DNA from: a virus
Lineage: Duplodnaviria > Heunggongvirae > Uroviricota > Caudoviricetes
IMG/VR virus record: IMGVR_UViG_2744054872_000003
Coordinates: 1-40,380 of that record
DNA: 40,380 bases
Reading direction: 5' to 3' (one strand)
Of the stretch, positions 16,710 to 26,017 are shown in pieces. The position numbers and the translations under genes were made by a program. Below the pieces are notes generated by a model. The model saw nothing but the letters and a program-made list of their open reading frames with translations. It was not told the origin of the DNA and searched no databases. Position 1 is the stretch's first letter, and each line of letters begins with the position of its first letter.

Positions 16710-19180
16710 CAGAATCCCCCAACAGTAAGGCGAGGAATAACGGCAAGAACAGACAGCGGCAACGGGTCAAGCTGACGGATTCTTACACGTCCGTTTTTGC
16801 CCCAGTTACTGTCCAGTTTCACCTCAACTTTTCCGGTAGCGTCATCAACAGGATCATCGTAGAACTCGAATTCACGCTGTGGATATTCGTACCATTTACC
16901 GCCTGGCGTAGTCGCCCAGATGCCGCGACTGGCATTCACAACCAGAGTAACGGACGGAATCACCTGTTTTTTGTCCAGCAGCGTTTCCTGTCCGTTAATG
17001 TTGATATCCAGTGTTTCGAATTCAGCAGTTATTGGCAGGCCGATGTGCACTACAGCCCCCGGAGATTCCAGAGTGACGGCACCTCCGGAAACAACTTTCT
17101 GTGGTTCCACGTTCGCATCAGAGAGAATGTTTACGGTCTGGCCTTCAAGATGAGACAGGCCTCCAAATGTCCGGCGCGCCATCTGCCAGTTCGTGGTGGC
17201 CACATTCCTGAGGGATGGCGGGACGTTCCTGTTAGCACGAACCACTACAGCGGTATTGCTGGTTACAGAAATAATGTCGCAACGTAATTCTTTTGACACT
17301 TCATCGCCAGTATCAGGATCAGTTCCGGTATAAGGGAACTGTAGTTGAGCACCGACATCACTACTGGTGAAGTACGCACCACCAGAAACACTGATTGTAT
17401 ATTCCGCGCGGTAATTCCATTCGCCAGAACCACCAGTGATGATCATCGTTCTGTCAGACGTATTTCTTCCATCATAGCTAAGGCCAGAATCAACAAAGAA
17501 AGCATCTTCATCGCTGGTAAATAAACGGCTGGACAGTCGCTCGATGTATCTCACTGTTTGCCCGTTAACAGTTCGGTTAACGACGAAATACACCGCATCT
17601 TCATTGCCTTCGCTGATACTGCATGTACTTTCATATTTTCCGGTACTGGACTGTGGTGCCCATGCAAAAACCTGTTGATCACGCAGATAGGTCATCACCA
17701 GTAATTTGCCGTCATCACGAATGCAGAAGGCGCTGGAGTAAGGGACAATAGAGAAGCACCAGTCAACAATGCTGTGCTTCTGAAAAAGATGATTGGCAAG
17801 GATGGTCAGGTCGTTCCCCTGATAGCCGTCAACATCGAATGAATAGGCCAGATCACGGACAACACTGCCTTTCTCCTGGACGAACAGAGCAATATTCGCT
17901 ACGGCAATTGGTGGGACATTGCTCGAGCCATTTGATCCCTGAGAGCTGAATGCAAATGATGATGGGGTAAGCACTTTGTTCTGGTCGCCAGTGATGACGT
18001 ACTCACCTCCGGAAGTCAGCGCCACCAGCGAACCAACATCAATCAGGTGACGGATCTCATTAACCTGACGCCCGGCATAGGTGTAGATAATTCTGTCGTC
18101 ATCCTGCGTAGGATTGCTTTTGCCAAAATCCTTATAATCCCCAGTACGGCTGGCCCAGATAGTCTGAGGGAACGCAGTCGATGCAGCGAAGTAAAGACGT
18201 TGTTGATAATAAACAACAGCGCCAGGATAACCATTAACACTGTTCCAGGCATATTTAGCCCATTTATAGCTGGCATTATCCTCGCCAACTACCTGCGAAG
18301 GGATATAGGAAATCACCTCGGCAGTTGCAGTAGTTCCATTTGCAGCAGTGATACGGGCAATGCCAAAACCACTGTGCAGATATTCCCACTCAATGCCGGT
18401 ATCATCATCTCCGGATCCGCCCCAGCCATCCCATGATGTGCCTTCTGTATGCGAAGGGCGCAAAGTGCCTGTTTTACCTGCTGTAACAGCGCGATAGTAG
18501 TTACTGTCTGCACGGCGAACATCGTCAATCGACGTACTCTTACTGGTTTCCCATACCGGCACTGAATCCACTGCAGGCTGTTCCAGATAGAACAATTTGC
18601 CTACCTGCTCCGCGCCAAAAATAGAGGCGCTTGCCGTTAACGTAATTGTCCCGGTGCTGGCGCTGGCATAAACCGTCACTGACTCGTCAATATTGATATC
18701 TTCAAATGGCCCGTTCTTCGTTACCACATCAACCAGTTGCCAGTTGTCATGCGCATAGCGGCGCAACTCTTTCGGCGGGTATGCCGGGTGAACCAGCGTA
18801 AGCACGTCGGCGCTTTGCGTGAATTTAATTCGGAACAGATCGGCTTCAGTATATGGCGTGGCAATTTCATAAATAACATTGCTGCTGTTCAGCACCAACG
18901 CACCATCTTTGATAACGCGCATGTACTGGTGTCCGAACTCCAGAGCATAGGTCTGAACCGTCGAGAACTGGAACGGGATCAGACGGCATTTCCGATTTGG
19001 GTATTTTGCGGCACCGACAAAACGCGTACCAGGTCGATTCTCAACGCCGCCATACTGCCGCACGATAAAATTATCGCACTTGCGCAATGCCACCTGGTAC
19101 TTCGCCATGTCGATACGTCCGTACAACGACGGTCCAATCTCACCACCAGCAAAGCTGGGCTGGATCCAACTGATAGCCAT
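16709..19180 (-). CDS. Tail tubular protein B-like (nozzle)
   Basis: 823 aa; N-terminus MAISWIQPSFAGGEIGPSLYGRID resembles the start of T7 gp12-like proteins; follows a gp11-like gene. Confidence 0.55.
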   Translation of the reverse strand: MAISWIQPSFAGGEIGPSLYGRIDMAKYQVALRKCDNFIVRQYGGVENRPGTRFVGAAKYPNRKCRLIPFQFSTVQTYALEFGHQYMRVIKDGALVLNSSNVIYEIATPYTEADLFRIKFTQSADVLTLVHPAYPPKELRRYAHDNWQLVDVVTKNGPFEDINIDESVTVYASASTGTITLTASASIFGAEQVGKLFYLEQPAVDSVPVWETSKSTSIDDVRRADSNYYRAVTAGKTGTLRPSHTEGTSWDGWGGSGDDDTGIEWEYLHSGFGIARITAANGTTATAEVISYIPSQVVGEDNASYKWAKYAWNSVNGYPGAVVYYQQRLYFAASTAFPQTIWASRTGDYKDFGKSNPTQDDDRIIYTYAGRQVNEIRHLIDVGSLVALTSGGEYVITGDQNKVLTPSSFAFSSQGSNGSSNVPPIAVANIALFVQEKGSVVRDLAYSFDVDGYQGNDLTILANHLFQKHSIVDWCFSIVPYSSAFCIRDDGKLLVMTYLRDQQVFAWAPQSSTGKYESTCSISEGNEDAVYFVVNRTVNGQTVRYIERLSSRLFTSDEDAFFVDSGLSYDGRNTSDRTMIITGGSGEWNYRAEYTISVSGGAYFTSSDVGAQLQFPYTGTDPDTGDEVSKELRCDIISVTSNTAVVVRANRNVPPSLRNVATTNWQMARRTFGGLSHLEGQTVNILSDANVEPQKVVSGGAVTLESPGAVVHIGLPITAEFETLDININGQETLLDKKQVIPSVTLVVNASRGIWATTPGGKWYEYPQREFEFYDDPVDDATGKVEVKLDSNWGKNGRVRIRQLDPLPLSVLAVIPRLTVGGF

Positions 19181-19785
19181 CAGGACAACCTCGCAATGGT
19201 AAACTCATCAACCGGTGGCTGTGGTTCCTGTGATTCATTCTGGCTATGCGAGCCAGCACTAAGAATCACGCGATTGTACATATTGAGGGCAAACGTACCG
19301 AGGTCTGCATTCCCAGTCAGCGCCATGTTAATAGCTGCCGCAAGACGCCAGGCCAACGCCTCCATAAAAATGGCATCAAACATGTTCACATCTGTAACGC
19401 GAGAGACATACTTGAGCCATGCCTGAGGCTGGTCTGTGTAGATCAATTTTCCTGTTCCGTTGGTGTCTGCACCAACTTCGTACTGAACGCGCATTGCTGC
19501 TGTTGGATTGCGTACACCAGGAAGCATAATTTCAGTAATGCGCAGACAATCTGACGGGTACTGGTACGCATATTCCCAGTCAGGCGGTGAATTGCTCGTA
19601 TCTGCAAGCGCCACGCGTTTGGTAGCAAAGTTCCAGTCAAAATCAGAAAGCACAGCATCACGGCAGGCCTCAAAGTGCAGCGAACATTCTCCCGCTTCCT
19701 TGCTGGCTTCCGTCAGGCTGTTAATGCTGCGGCTATTGCCAATATTGGACAGCGCACGATTGCAGATCTCTACTACAGAGGCCAT
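19180..19785 (-). CDS. Tail tubular protein A / adaptor-like
   Basis: 201 aa; N-terminal pattern VEICNRALSNIGNSRSINSLTE resembles T7 gp11-like proteins. Confidence 0.5.
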   Translation of the reverse strand: MASVVEICNRALSNIGNSRSINSLTEASKEAGECSLHFEACRDAVLSDFDWNFATKRVALADTSNSPPDWEYAYQYPSDCLRITEIMLPGVRNPTAAMRVQYEVGADTNGTGKLIYTDQPQAWLKYVSRVTDVNMFDAIFMEALAWRLAAAINMALTGNADLGTFALNMYNRVILSAGSHSQNESQEPQPPVDEFTIARLS

Positions 19786-20108
19786 TACTCACCCCCATTG
19801 CCGTACAGAGTTTCAGCCGCTGATTTTTCTACATCCCCGGAAACAGGAGCGATCGCCATATCAGTGATCTGCAGATCGGCGCTGCGATTAACACCATCGT
19901 CAGTTTCTCTGGCAGACAGGCCTCGAATAACAGCCTTTGCAGTTATCATCACTTCTGTTCCAACGCCCTGAGGTTGAGCCTTCAGCTTATTCAATGTGTC
20001 GTTATTCAGCGTGATGCACAGCCCCCACGGGTATTCATCGCGAGTTCTGGTTTCTCCGCTCTCATCCTGGTAGCTGTCAGTGCCGGTTTTGAGGTTTACG
20101 AGTTCCAT
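19785..20108 (-). CDS. Hypothetical head or neck protein
   Basis: AGGAG RBS before ATG at 20108 (the ORF-track start is a GTG two codons earlier). Confidence 0.4.
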   Translation of the reverse strand: MELVNLKTGTDSYQDESGETRTRDEYPWGLCITLNNDTLNKLKAQPQGVGTEVMITAKAVIRGLSARETDDGVNRSADLQITDMAIAPVSGDVEKSAAETLYGNGGE

Positions 20109-20124
20109 ATACACTCCTGCAATA

Positions 20125-20140
20125 AAGGGGCCGAAGCCCC
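20125..20140 (-). terminator. UUCG-tetraloop hairpin inside the structural operon
   Basis: GGGGC-TTCG-GCCCC followed on the minus strand by TTTATT; partial terminator or RNA-stability element. Confidence 0.4.
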
Positions 20141-20158
20141 TTGTCTGATTCGCGAGGC

Positions 20159-20494
20159 TTACACGCCCAGTTCTTTACGCTTATCTGCGATCTTCTCGCG
20201 GAGCGTTTCGGCTTTGGCGTTATGGTGTGGCTTCTCGTTAAAGAGCAATTCGTACTCTTCACGGAGCTTATCCAGTTCACCATCATCTGACACATCGTTG
20301 ATGATTTTGGTGCTGGTTGCTGCCATTGACACCTTTCCTGCAACTTTTGCTTTTGCCTGTCTGGCTGCATCGTTAACAGGTTCCAGTGCGCTACCAGGCT
20401 CACCTTCGTATTCGATTTCTGCCCCCTCCGGCCACAGTGTGTTATGGATATGAGAGAGGCGCAGAACGCGGTATCTTGGTTTCTCACCTGACAT
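20159..20494 (-). CDS. Hypothetical head protein
   Basis: AAGGTGA RBS before ATG at 20494. Confidence 0.4.
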   Translation of the reverse strand: MSGEKPRYRVLRLSHIHNTLWPEGAEIEYEGEPGSALEPVNDAARQAKAKVAGKVSMAATSTKIINDVSDDGELDKLREEYELLFNEKPHHNAKAETLREKIADKRKELGV

Positions 20495-20504
20495 CGATAT
20501 CACC

Positions 20505-20942
20505 TTAACCAGTTACTTTTGAGCGGATCGGATACGGCGTATTGGCATCAACATCAAGACTGATACCAGCAGTGAATTCGCCAGCCGTTAGTGGGCCAGT
20601 TGCGACGGAGTAGTTAACACGCAGATATCGCTGAACACCGGCAGGCACCTTTGCAGAAACAACTCGTTTACCTGCTGTCAGGGCGGTCTTTGCCAGTGCG
20701 CCACTATCATAAATAGTGGTCCATGAGCTGTTATTCTCACTCGTCTGCAACTGGATGTTTACAGTTGCATCACCGCTTGCCGCGGCGGCTGTGTTAACCA
20801 GCGCCCAAAACTCAAGCGGGTAACCCACGCCGATATCACGACGTTTTCCGTCAATTGGACCGAGATCGATTACGTCAGTAGAAGCCGCGGTATTCGTAAC
20901 CGCCTGAGCTTCGGAGAACATCAACAGTTTGTCGGTGATCAT
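20505..20942 (-). CDS. Capsid decoration / cement-like protein
   Basis: About 145 aa, immediately after the major capsid gene; N-terminus MITDKLLMFSEAQAV resembles small capsid accessory proteins. Confidence 0.45.
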   Translation of the reverse strand: MITDKLLMFSEAQAVTNTAASTDVIDLGPIDGKRRDIGVGYPLEFWALVNTAAAASGDATVNIQLQTSENNSSWTTIYDSGALAKTALTAGKRVVSAKVPAGVQRYLRVNYSVATGPLTAGEFTAGISLDVDANTPYPIRSKVTG

Positions 20943-20958
20943 CTTCTTTCTCCATTAG

Positions 20959-20978
20959 TGGGTCTGTTACGACCCACA
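20959..20978 (-). terminator. Hairpin immediately after the major capsid gene
   Basis: GTGGGTC-GTAACA-GACCCAC in the 51-bp gap after the capsid stop; no clear U-tract. Confidence 0.35.
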
Positions 20979-20993
20979 GGTTAATAACAGGCG

Positions 20994-21986
20994 TTACACC
21001 ACGCGGGCTTCTGTTTCCAGAAGCGCATCAGTTTCACGGATTGGTACACCACGGAATGACGTCCACCACTCGCCTTCTGTCTCTTTTACGCTGATCGCCA
21101 GAGATGTTTTCTCCAGAGATTGCAGATCAAGAGCCTGGCCTACAGTGCGGTTCATGTAGAACACCGGGCGACCCATGCCACGGTTTGGAATGCGATGCAG
21201 TGCTTTAACCATCAACTTCGCAATATTTGCGGCAGAGGAAGGTTCTGAAAGATTGCTGACATCGATGTTTGCAATGCGAACAACATAACGCCAGTCACGC
21301 AGAGCAAGTCCGTTATCCCATTTGTAATGGGTGCGATAGCCTTCGTACTTGCCGCCATTAGCATCTTCCAGTGTCACCTGGCCTTTATCTTCCATCTGGA
21401 TGCCAGCCTTCTGCCCTTTCGGGAAGATGCCATGCACGGTGTTTTCGCCCCACACCACTAACCAGATTGAGGTGTTATCTGTACCCGTGCCACCAGCATC
21501 AATGATGTTCTGAGCATTACCCGCAGACAGGCTGGAATAGCGGGAGGACAGTCCCATAAACTGCTGAGGGTTAACGCTGGAATCACCATAAAACAGCGTC
21601 TGCGCCATCTGCTGATTCATCGCTTCAATAAATGCGCGGTCTTCAGACAGGCGGAATTCGGCGGTATTGCCGTTCAGATCAGCCAGTGACTTATCGACTT
21701 CAGCATAGGTTTCCAGCATGCCAACGGAATCGGTTACCTGCACTGTGGTTGATTTGCTTGGCTGTACGCCATAGTTCAGCAAACGCCAGGTAGCTGAAGG
21801 TAAACCAGAACGAATGGTGGTTCGGTGTCCGGTAGGAAGGTTCCCTTCGACAAAAGGCATATCCTGAAGGATCGGGTTAGTTTGACCGAGAAGCTCGATA
21901 ATCTTATCGACTTTCCCGTTTGGATCGACGCGCTTACCCCAGTCAGCCAGCGTTAGCGCAGTTAAGCCTTTAACAGCCATTGTCAT
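20994..21986 (-). CDS. Major capsid protein
   Basis: 330 aa, between scaffold and decoration genes; size and position match podovirus major capsid proteins. Confidence 0.7.
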   Translation of the reverse strand: MTMAVKGLTALTLADWGKRVDPNGKVDKIIELLGQTNPILQDMPFVEGNLPTGHRTTIRSGLPSATWRLLNYGVQPSKSTTVQVTDSVGMLETYAEVDKSLADLNGNTAEFRLSEDRAFIEAMNQQMAQTLFYGDSSVNPQQFMGLSSRYSSLSAGNAQNIIDAGGTGTDNTSIWLVVWGENTVHGIFPKGQKAGIQMEDKGQVTLEDANGGKYEGYRTHYKWDNGLALRDWRYVVRIANIDVSNLSEPSSAANIAKLMVKALHRIPNRGMGRPVFYMNRTVGQALDLQSLEKTSLAISVKETEGEWWTSFRGVPIRETDALLETEARVV

Positions 21987-21994
21987 TTCCTCTC

Positions 21995-22696
21995 TTATTT
22001 GCCATAGAGCACTTCGGCCGCACTACGCTGGCCTTCATTACCACCGGTGACCATGCCATCTTCAGACATCGCCTTTCCGATTTTCACGAACGTTTTGACC
22101 AGATCAGGGTGATTACCCAGCCCGGTGGTGTTCAGATATTCTTTGAGTTCAGGTGTCCCGAACTGGTCAAGCGCACGCTGTGCGACGCTAAGGTTAGAAA
22201 TCAACTTGTCGCCACCGATTTCTTTGTCAGCTTTTACATCCGCAGCCCACTGCTCGGTTGTTTTCTGCCAGGCTTCTGCCTGGCGCTGCTGAACACCTGC
22301 CAGAATCTTCGGATAAGCATCAACCAGCTTTTGCGCTTGCTCGTTGGTCAGGTTAAGTTCTCGCGCCACCGGCTCGAATTCCTTCAACGCTTCTGTATCC
22401 AGATCTACGCCTTCGGCAGCCTGAAACTCGTACTTCTCAGGCGCACCCTCTGGTTTATCGCCGCCCTTTTTTTCATCCTGCTTATCGTTTTCAGGCTTTT
22501 TGTCATCAGCAGGTTTATCGCCATCAGCAACAGGTTGTGGCTTATCACCTTCCTGTTGTGATGGATCACCAACTGGAGCAGGGGTATCACCTGCAGGCGC
22601 TGACGGTTCTGACGCAGCCGGAGCTGCTCCGCCATCAACTGGTTGCTCATTGCAAAGACGGCGATACAGCAAACGCTCAAATAAATTCATGATCAC
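21995..22696 (-). CDS. Scaffolding protein
   Basis: Highly acidic, Pro/Ala/Asp/Lys-rich low-complexity N-terminal half, helical C-terminal half; directly upstream of the capsid gene. Confidence 0.6.
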   Translation of the reverse strand: MIMNLFERLLYRRLCNEQPVDGGAAPAASEPSAPAGDTPAPVGDPSQQEGDKPQPVADGDKPADDKKPENDKQDEKKGGDKPEGAPEKYEFQAAEGVDLDTEALKEFEPVARELNLTNEQAQKLVDAYPKILAGVQQRQAEAWQKTTEQWAADVKADKEIGGDKLISNLSVAQRALDQFGTPELKEYLNTTGLGNHPDLVKTFVKIGKAMSEDGMVTGGNEGQRSAAEVLYGK

Positions 22697-22989
22697 TCCT
22701 GTTCACTGGCCTCTTTGGCCATCTTCAAATACTGTTCAGGGCAATGCGCCATAACGCGCTGAAACAGTTCAAGCGCCAGATTGCGTTGCCCCTCATTAAA
22801 TGCCATTGCCATAGCGTCCATCGGTGAGATAGCGGAAAACACACGGCCTTTCTCCAGCACAGACCAGACAACGCGACGCCCCTGTTCACTGCTCATGACA
22901 AAGCGAATGTCATCAATTTCACGCTGCTCCATGTCACGTTGCTTACGGGCGTTTTCTTCTTTCAGTTGATCGTCTTCGTAATCTGTCAT
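22693..22989 (-). CDS. Hypothetical small acidic protein between portal and scaffold
   Basis: 98 aa; ATGA coupled to both neighbours. Confidence 0.45.
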   Translation of the reverse strand: MTDYEDDQLKEENARKQRDMEQREIDDIRFVMSSEQGRRVVWSVLEKGRVFSAISPMDAMAMAFNEGQRNLALELFQRVMAHCPEQYLKMAKEASEQE

Positions 22990-24665
22990 TGTGATTGCCC
23001 ACCCTGACCACTAACTGCATTCGCCATAGCTGACAAAACACTCGGATCCGAAGTTTTAGCTTCGCTTAGCGTCTTGGCGCCCTGTGCCGCCGCCATCCCC
23101 ATCGCCATCATTTGTTGCTGCTGTTGCTGCTGTGCCCGTTGCTGGCGAGCCTGCTCAACCTGTTCCTGCGGAACAATGACGGTTGGAGACACTCCGGACA
23201 TATCAGCGAATGCATCGATCGCCTGATCAACGTTGAGTTTGTCGAGAGCTTCTGGTTTCGCTTGCGCAAGTTGACCAATGAAGTTGACCGTAGACGCCAG
23301 ACTGGACAGGCCGATAGACTTCTGCGCCTGAGCCATGACGGAAATGTATTCGACCTTCAGGGGCATACCTTCCATCGCGTCAGGCGGTGGCGGCAGCATG
23401 TTTTTACGCACCATCATCGAGAAAGCGCGGTCAATGAGAGGATTAAGACATTCGTCGTTCAGACGCTCCAGAACCGGCCCCAACATCAGAAGTTTTTCTT
23501 CTTTCATTTCGATCACCGCTTCAACAGGCATCGAGCGGGTATTGATGTTCTGCAACATCATGAACAGATCGACAAAGTAGGCGCTGTTAATGATTTGACG
23601 AGTGTCCTGAATGTCTGCCACCAAATCTGCTGTACTGGGGTTAACCAGATAAGCAGGCCTGAAGCCATCCTGACCAGTAATCTGATCGATATACGTGATG
23701 TCGCCAGGAAGAAGGGAGGCGCGCTGATTCTTGAGGGAAGTCGGAGCAACCATCGGCGGATTGGTGGCTTTATCAATCAACTGCGACTTGCGCTTCTGGA
23801 GAAGCTGCAATGCCTTAACAGGTCCAAGCGCCAGCATACCCGGGCATGATGATCCATAAACATCTTCGCCGTTAACTTCCCAGCGCGGAGCCATAATTGG
23901 AAACTCATCGAATCCGGACTCACGCAACAACTTGTCGTTATCGCCACCAACCTCGTAATAAACCGATTTGAATGGCTTGTTCTTGCTATCCAGCTTCGAT
24001 GTATCGCGGTCAATGTTCGGGTAAACCGAATGCATCACTTCAATCCACTTCTCGTAGGTGCCGCTTTCCCACATGCTTTTTACGGATTCGCTGACGTTAT
24101 TTAGCCCGAACTCCTGAACAAGCTGACGAACAGTCATAGAGAACTTGCGAAAACAGGTGTCCACACTGCCACGAGGTGAGTTAGCCAGGTAGTAACTGCC
24201 TATCGGGAATGGCATTGTGCGAATGATGTCCTCGTCATCCTCCAGCACCGCCATTGCACCAGTGCTGTATGTGCCGAGGCTTCCGTATAACTGCGGAAGA
24301 GACTGGTAGAGATTCGACTTATTGAACATATCGTTCATGCGGTTCTGCACCGCCTCAAGCCACAACTTAACAGGGCCATAATCCATCATTTCAGGATCTG
24401 TCGTAGCCAGGCGAAACCACGGACGCGCGGGGCTTGTGATGCCTGACATCATGCCGCTGGCGAGAGTGCGCGCCGCCATAGTCCCGGTCGAATCAATAAT
24501 GCGTGTATTGCGTCGATCGTTACGGTTGACCTCAGAAGTCAGAAAGCGGGAACCACGCGGGTTGATGTAATCACTCAACTCGCGCCAGTGCGGCTCGAAC
24601 GACTGACGCTCGCTTTCAAGTTGTGCGAACTGTTTGTTCAATCGCTCTTTAGTTGTTTCCGCCAT
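22986..24665 (-). CDS. Portal (head-to-tail connector) protein
   Basis: 559 aa with poly-Gln acidic C-terminal tail; position between terminase and scaffold; size matches T7-type portals. Confidence 0.75.
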   Translation of the reverse strand: MAETTKERLNKQFAQLESERQSFEPHWRELSDYINPRGSRFLTSEVNRNDRRNTRIIDSTGTMAARTLASGMMSGITSPARPWFRLATTDPEMMDYGPVKLWLEAVQNRMNDMFNKSNLYQSLPQLYGSLGTYSTGAMAVLEDDEDIIRTMPFPIGSYYLANSPRGSVDTCFRKFSMTVRQLVQEFGLNNVSESVKSMWESGTYEKWIEVMHSVYPNIDRDTSKLDSKNKPFKSVYYEVGGDNDKLLRESGFDEFPIMAPRWEVNGEDVYGSSCPGMLALGPVKALQLLQKRKSQLIDKATNPPMVAPTSLKNQRASLLPGDITYIDQITGQDGFRPAYLVNPSTADLVADIQDTRQIINSAYFVDLFMMLQNINTRSMPVEAVIEMKEEKLLMLGPVLERLNDECLNPLIDRAFSMMVRKNMLPPPPDAMEGMPLKVEYISVMAQAQKSIGLSSLASTVNFIGQLAQAKPEALDKLNVDQAIDAFADMSGVSPTVIVPQEQVEQARQQRAQQQQQQQMMAMGMAAAQGAKTLSEAKTSDPSVLSAMANAVSGQGGQSQ

Positions 24666-24679
24666 TTCAATGACTCCGG

Positions 24680-24886
24680 TTACTGACCAAGCAGCGTTTT
24701 ACCGCTGGTATTAGCGGTTGATGTGTCGCCCTGAGAACCGGTAAGCAGCGTAGAACTACGACCAGCAGCAGCGCGACGGCGACGGGTTTCTTCGTCGCGG
24801 GCATCAACAACGGCGGCATCCTGCTCCTGTGGTGCTGCCTGAACTTCTGGTGTTGCAGGCACTGATGGTGAGCTACCCATGCACAT
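24680..24886 (-). CDS. Small hypothetical protein upstream of the portal gene
   Basis: 68-aa charged protein; GGAG RBS; chosen over the overlapping 24667..24906 frame, which has implausible composition. Confidence 0.3.
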   Translation of the reverse strand: MCMGSSPSVPATPEVQAAPQEQDAAVVDARDEETRRRRAAAGRSSTLLTGSQGDTSTANTSGKTLLGQ

Positions 24887-24954
24887 ATCAATGACTCCGT
24901 ACGCAATTAAATTATTACCAATTTAACCACATGTGATTTATTTATCGTAGATAC

Positions 24955-24991
24955 TTGACATTTAACGCACTAATTATTACCTTTCAGGTAA
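24955..24991 (+). promoter_or_regulatory. Candidate promoter (TTGACA-N17-TACCTT) with overlapping operator TTACC-TTTCA-GGTAA at 24977..24991
   Basis: Consensus -35; -10 lies inside the operator half-site; reads toward the tRNA gene. Confidence 0.45.
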
Positions 24992-25313
24992 GCAAAGAGT
25001 TCATTCCGGTTATTAACCTGACTGGCTTGTCGTTAAATTGAACAGGTGGGGTGAGCTTTTATTTTGAGCAGTACGGTGTATGGCACATGCGCCGATAGCG
25101 GTCTGGATACGTTTAAGGGGCACCCTCCCTTGCTCGGGCAAACGAACCAGGTAGCCGGAATGTGCAAGTCGAGCGGTTTTATTCCGCGCACGGGGATTCA
25201 CCATCCCGGCGATTCGGTGTGACACCTCGGAAGAGACGAGGGTGCAACGATGAGAGCATTTATGGAGCCGCGACAAAGTGTGGTGCCTTAACAGGCTAAG
25301 TGCTCTCAGCGTT

Positions 25314-25390
25314 GTGGCATTAGCTCAGTTGGACAGAGCAACCGCCTTCTAAGCGGTTGGTCGCAGGTTCGAATCCTGCATGCCGCGCCA
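25314..25390 (+). tRNA. tRNA-Arg, anticodon TCT (reads AGA)
   Basis: Hand-folded cloverleaf: 7-bp acceptor stem GTGGCAT/ATGCCGC (one G-U), D-arm GCTC...GAGC, anticodon stem ACCGC/GCGGT with loop CTTCTAA, T-arm GCAGG-TTCGAAT-CCTGC, discriminator G, encoded CCA. Confidence 0.85.
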
Positions 25391-25553
25391 GAATCACGCC
25401 TAAGGACCGTGATGCCAGAAGTTCCAGGGGCTTGGCGGTGATGGTTTCCCTTGAAGGACTATCACAGCCCTTTTTACAGCAGGACGCCATTGCGATGACT
25501 TCATGCTGTAAACCCGTACAGCCACGGAAGGCATAACTCATTGCTTCCAGTTC

Positions 25554-25577
25554 GCCCGGTTCGCCGGGCATTTTTTT
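25554..25577 (+). terminator. Rho-independent terminator after the tRNA region
   Basis: GCCCGG-TTCG-CCGGGC tetraloop hairpin followed by T7. Confidence 0.7.
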
Positions 25578-25588
25578 AAGGTGAGATT

Positions 25589-25927
25589 ATGAACGACCAG
25601 CAAATCGAAAAAGAAATCGTTGAGAAAGGCAAAACCGCCCCGCGCGTTACGCCAGACCATATCGAAAGCATTATTCTTGCGGAAACGTACTTCACTGCTG
25701 CTGATGGAGCTATTGCAACTGGCGATGACTATCACGACAGTTTGGCTCTGCTGACATTTTGTGTATTGACTCTACAAAATGGCTTCACCGTCACCGGAGA
25801 GAGCGCCTGTGCAAGCCCGGAAAACTTTGATGCAGAAATTGGTCGGAAGATTGCCAGGCAGAATGCTGTAAACAAAATATGGATGCTTGAAGGTTACTTG
25901 CTGAAGCAGAAGTTAAGCGAGCAATAA
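25589..25927 (+). CDS. Gp49/Sf6 gp66-like small phage protein
   Basis: 112 aa; AAGGTGA RBS; overall sequence resembles the small Gp49-like family often found next to terminase genes. Confidence 0.5.
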   Translation: MNDQQIEKEIVEKGKTAPRVTPDHIESIILAETYFTAADGAIATGDDYHDSLALLTFCVLTLQNGFTVTGESACASPENFDAEIGRKIARQNAVNKIWMLEGYLLKQKLSEQ

Positions 25928-25931
25928 CACC

Positions 25932-25943
25932 GTGACATGTCAC
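25932..25943. repeat. 12-bp palindrome GTGACATGTCAC, copy 2
   Basis: Five bp after the Gp49-like stop and just before the 25948..25975 terminator. Confidence 0.6.
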
Positions 25944-25947
25944 AAAC

Positions 25948-25975
25948 AGCCAGCCTATGAGCTGGCTTTGTTTTA
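25948..25975 (+). terminator. Intrinsic terminator between the Gp49-like gene and the convergent terminase gene
   Basis: CCAGC-CTATGA-GCTGG hairpin followed by CTTTGTTTTA. Confidence 0.5.
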
Positions 25976-26017
25976 TCCTCACCAGAGGATATCAACGACA
26001 TTATCCCCACCAGCGGA

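Noticed and set aside
24667-24906. 79-aa ORF overlapping the 24680..24886 small gene in another frame
   Set aside because: His/Cys/Arg-rich implausible composition; the alternative frame gives a more protein-like charged peptide with a GGAG RBS.
25320-25571. 83-aa minus-strand ORF overlapping the tRNA-Arg gene, and the 25013..25276 ORF in the leader
   Set aside because: They are antisense to or overlap a well-folded tRNA and a structured non-coding region, with no RBS and odd composition; judged spurious.
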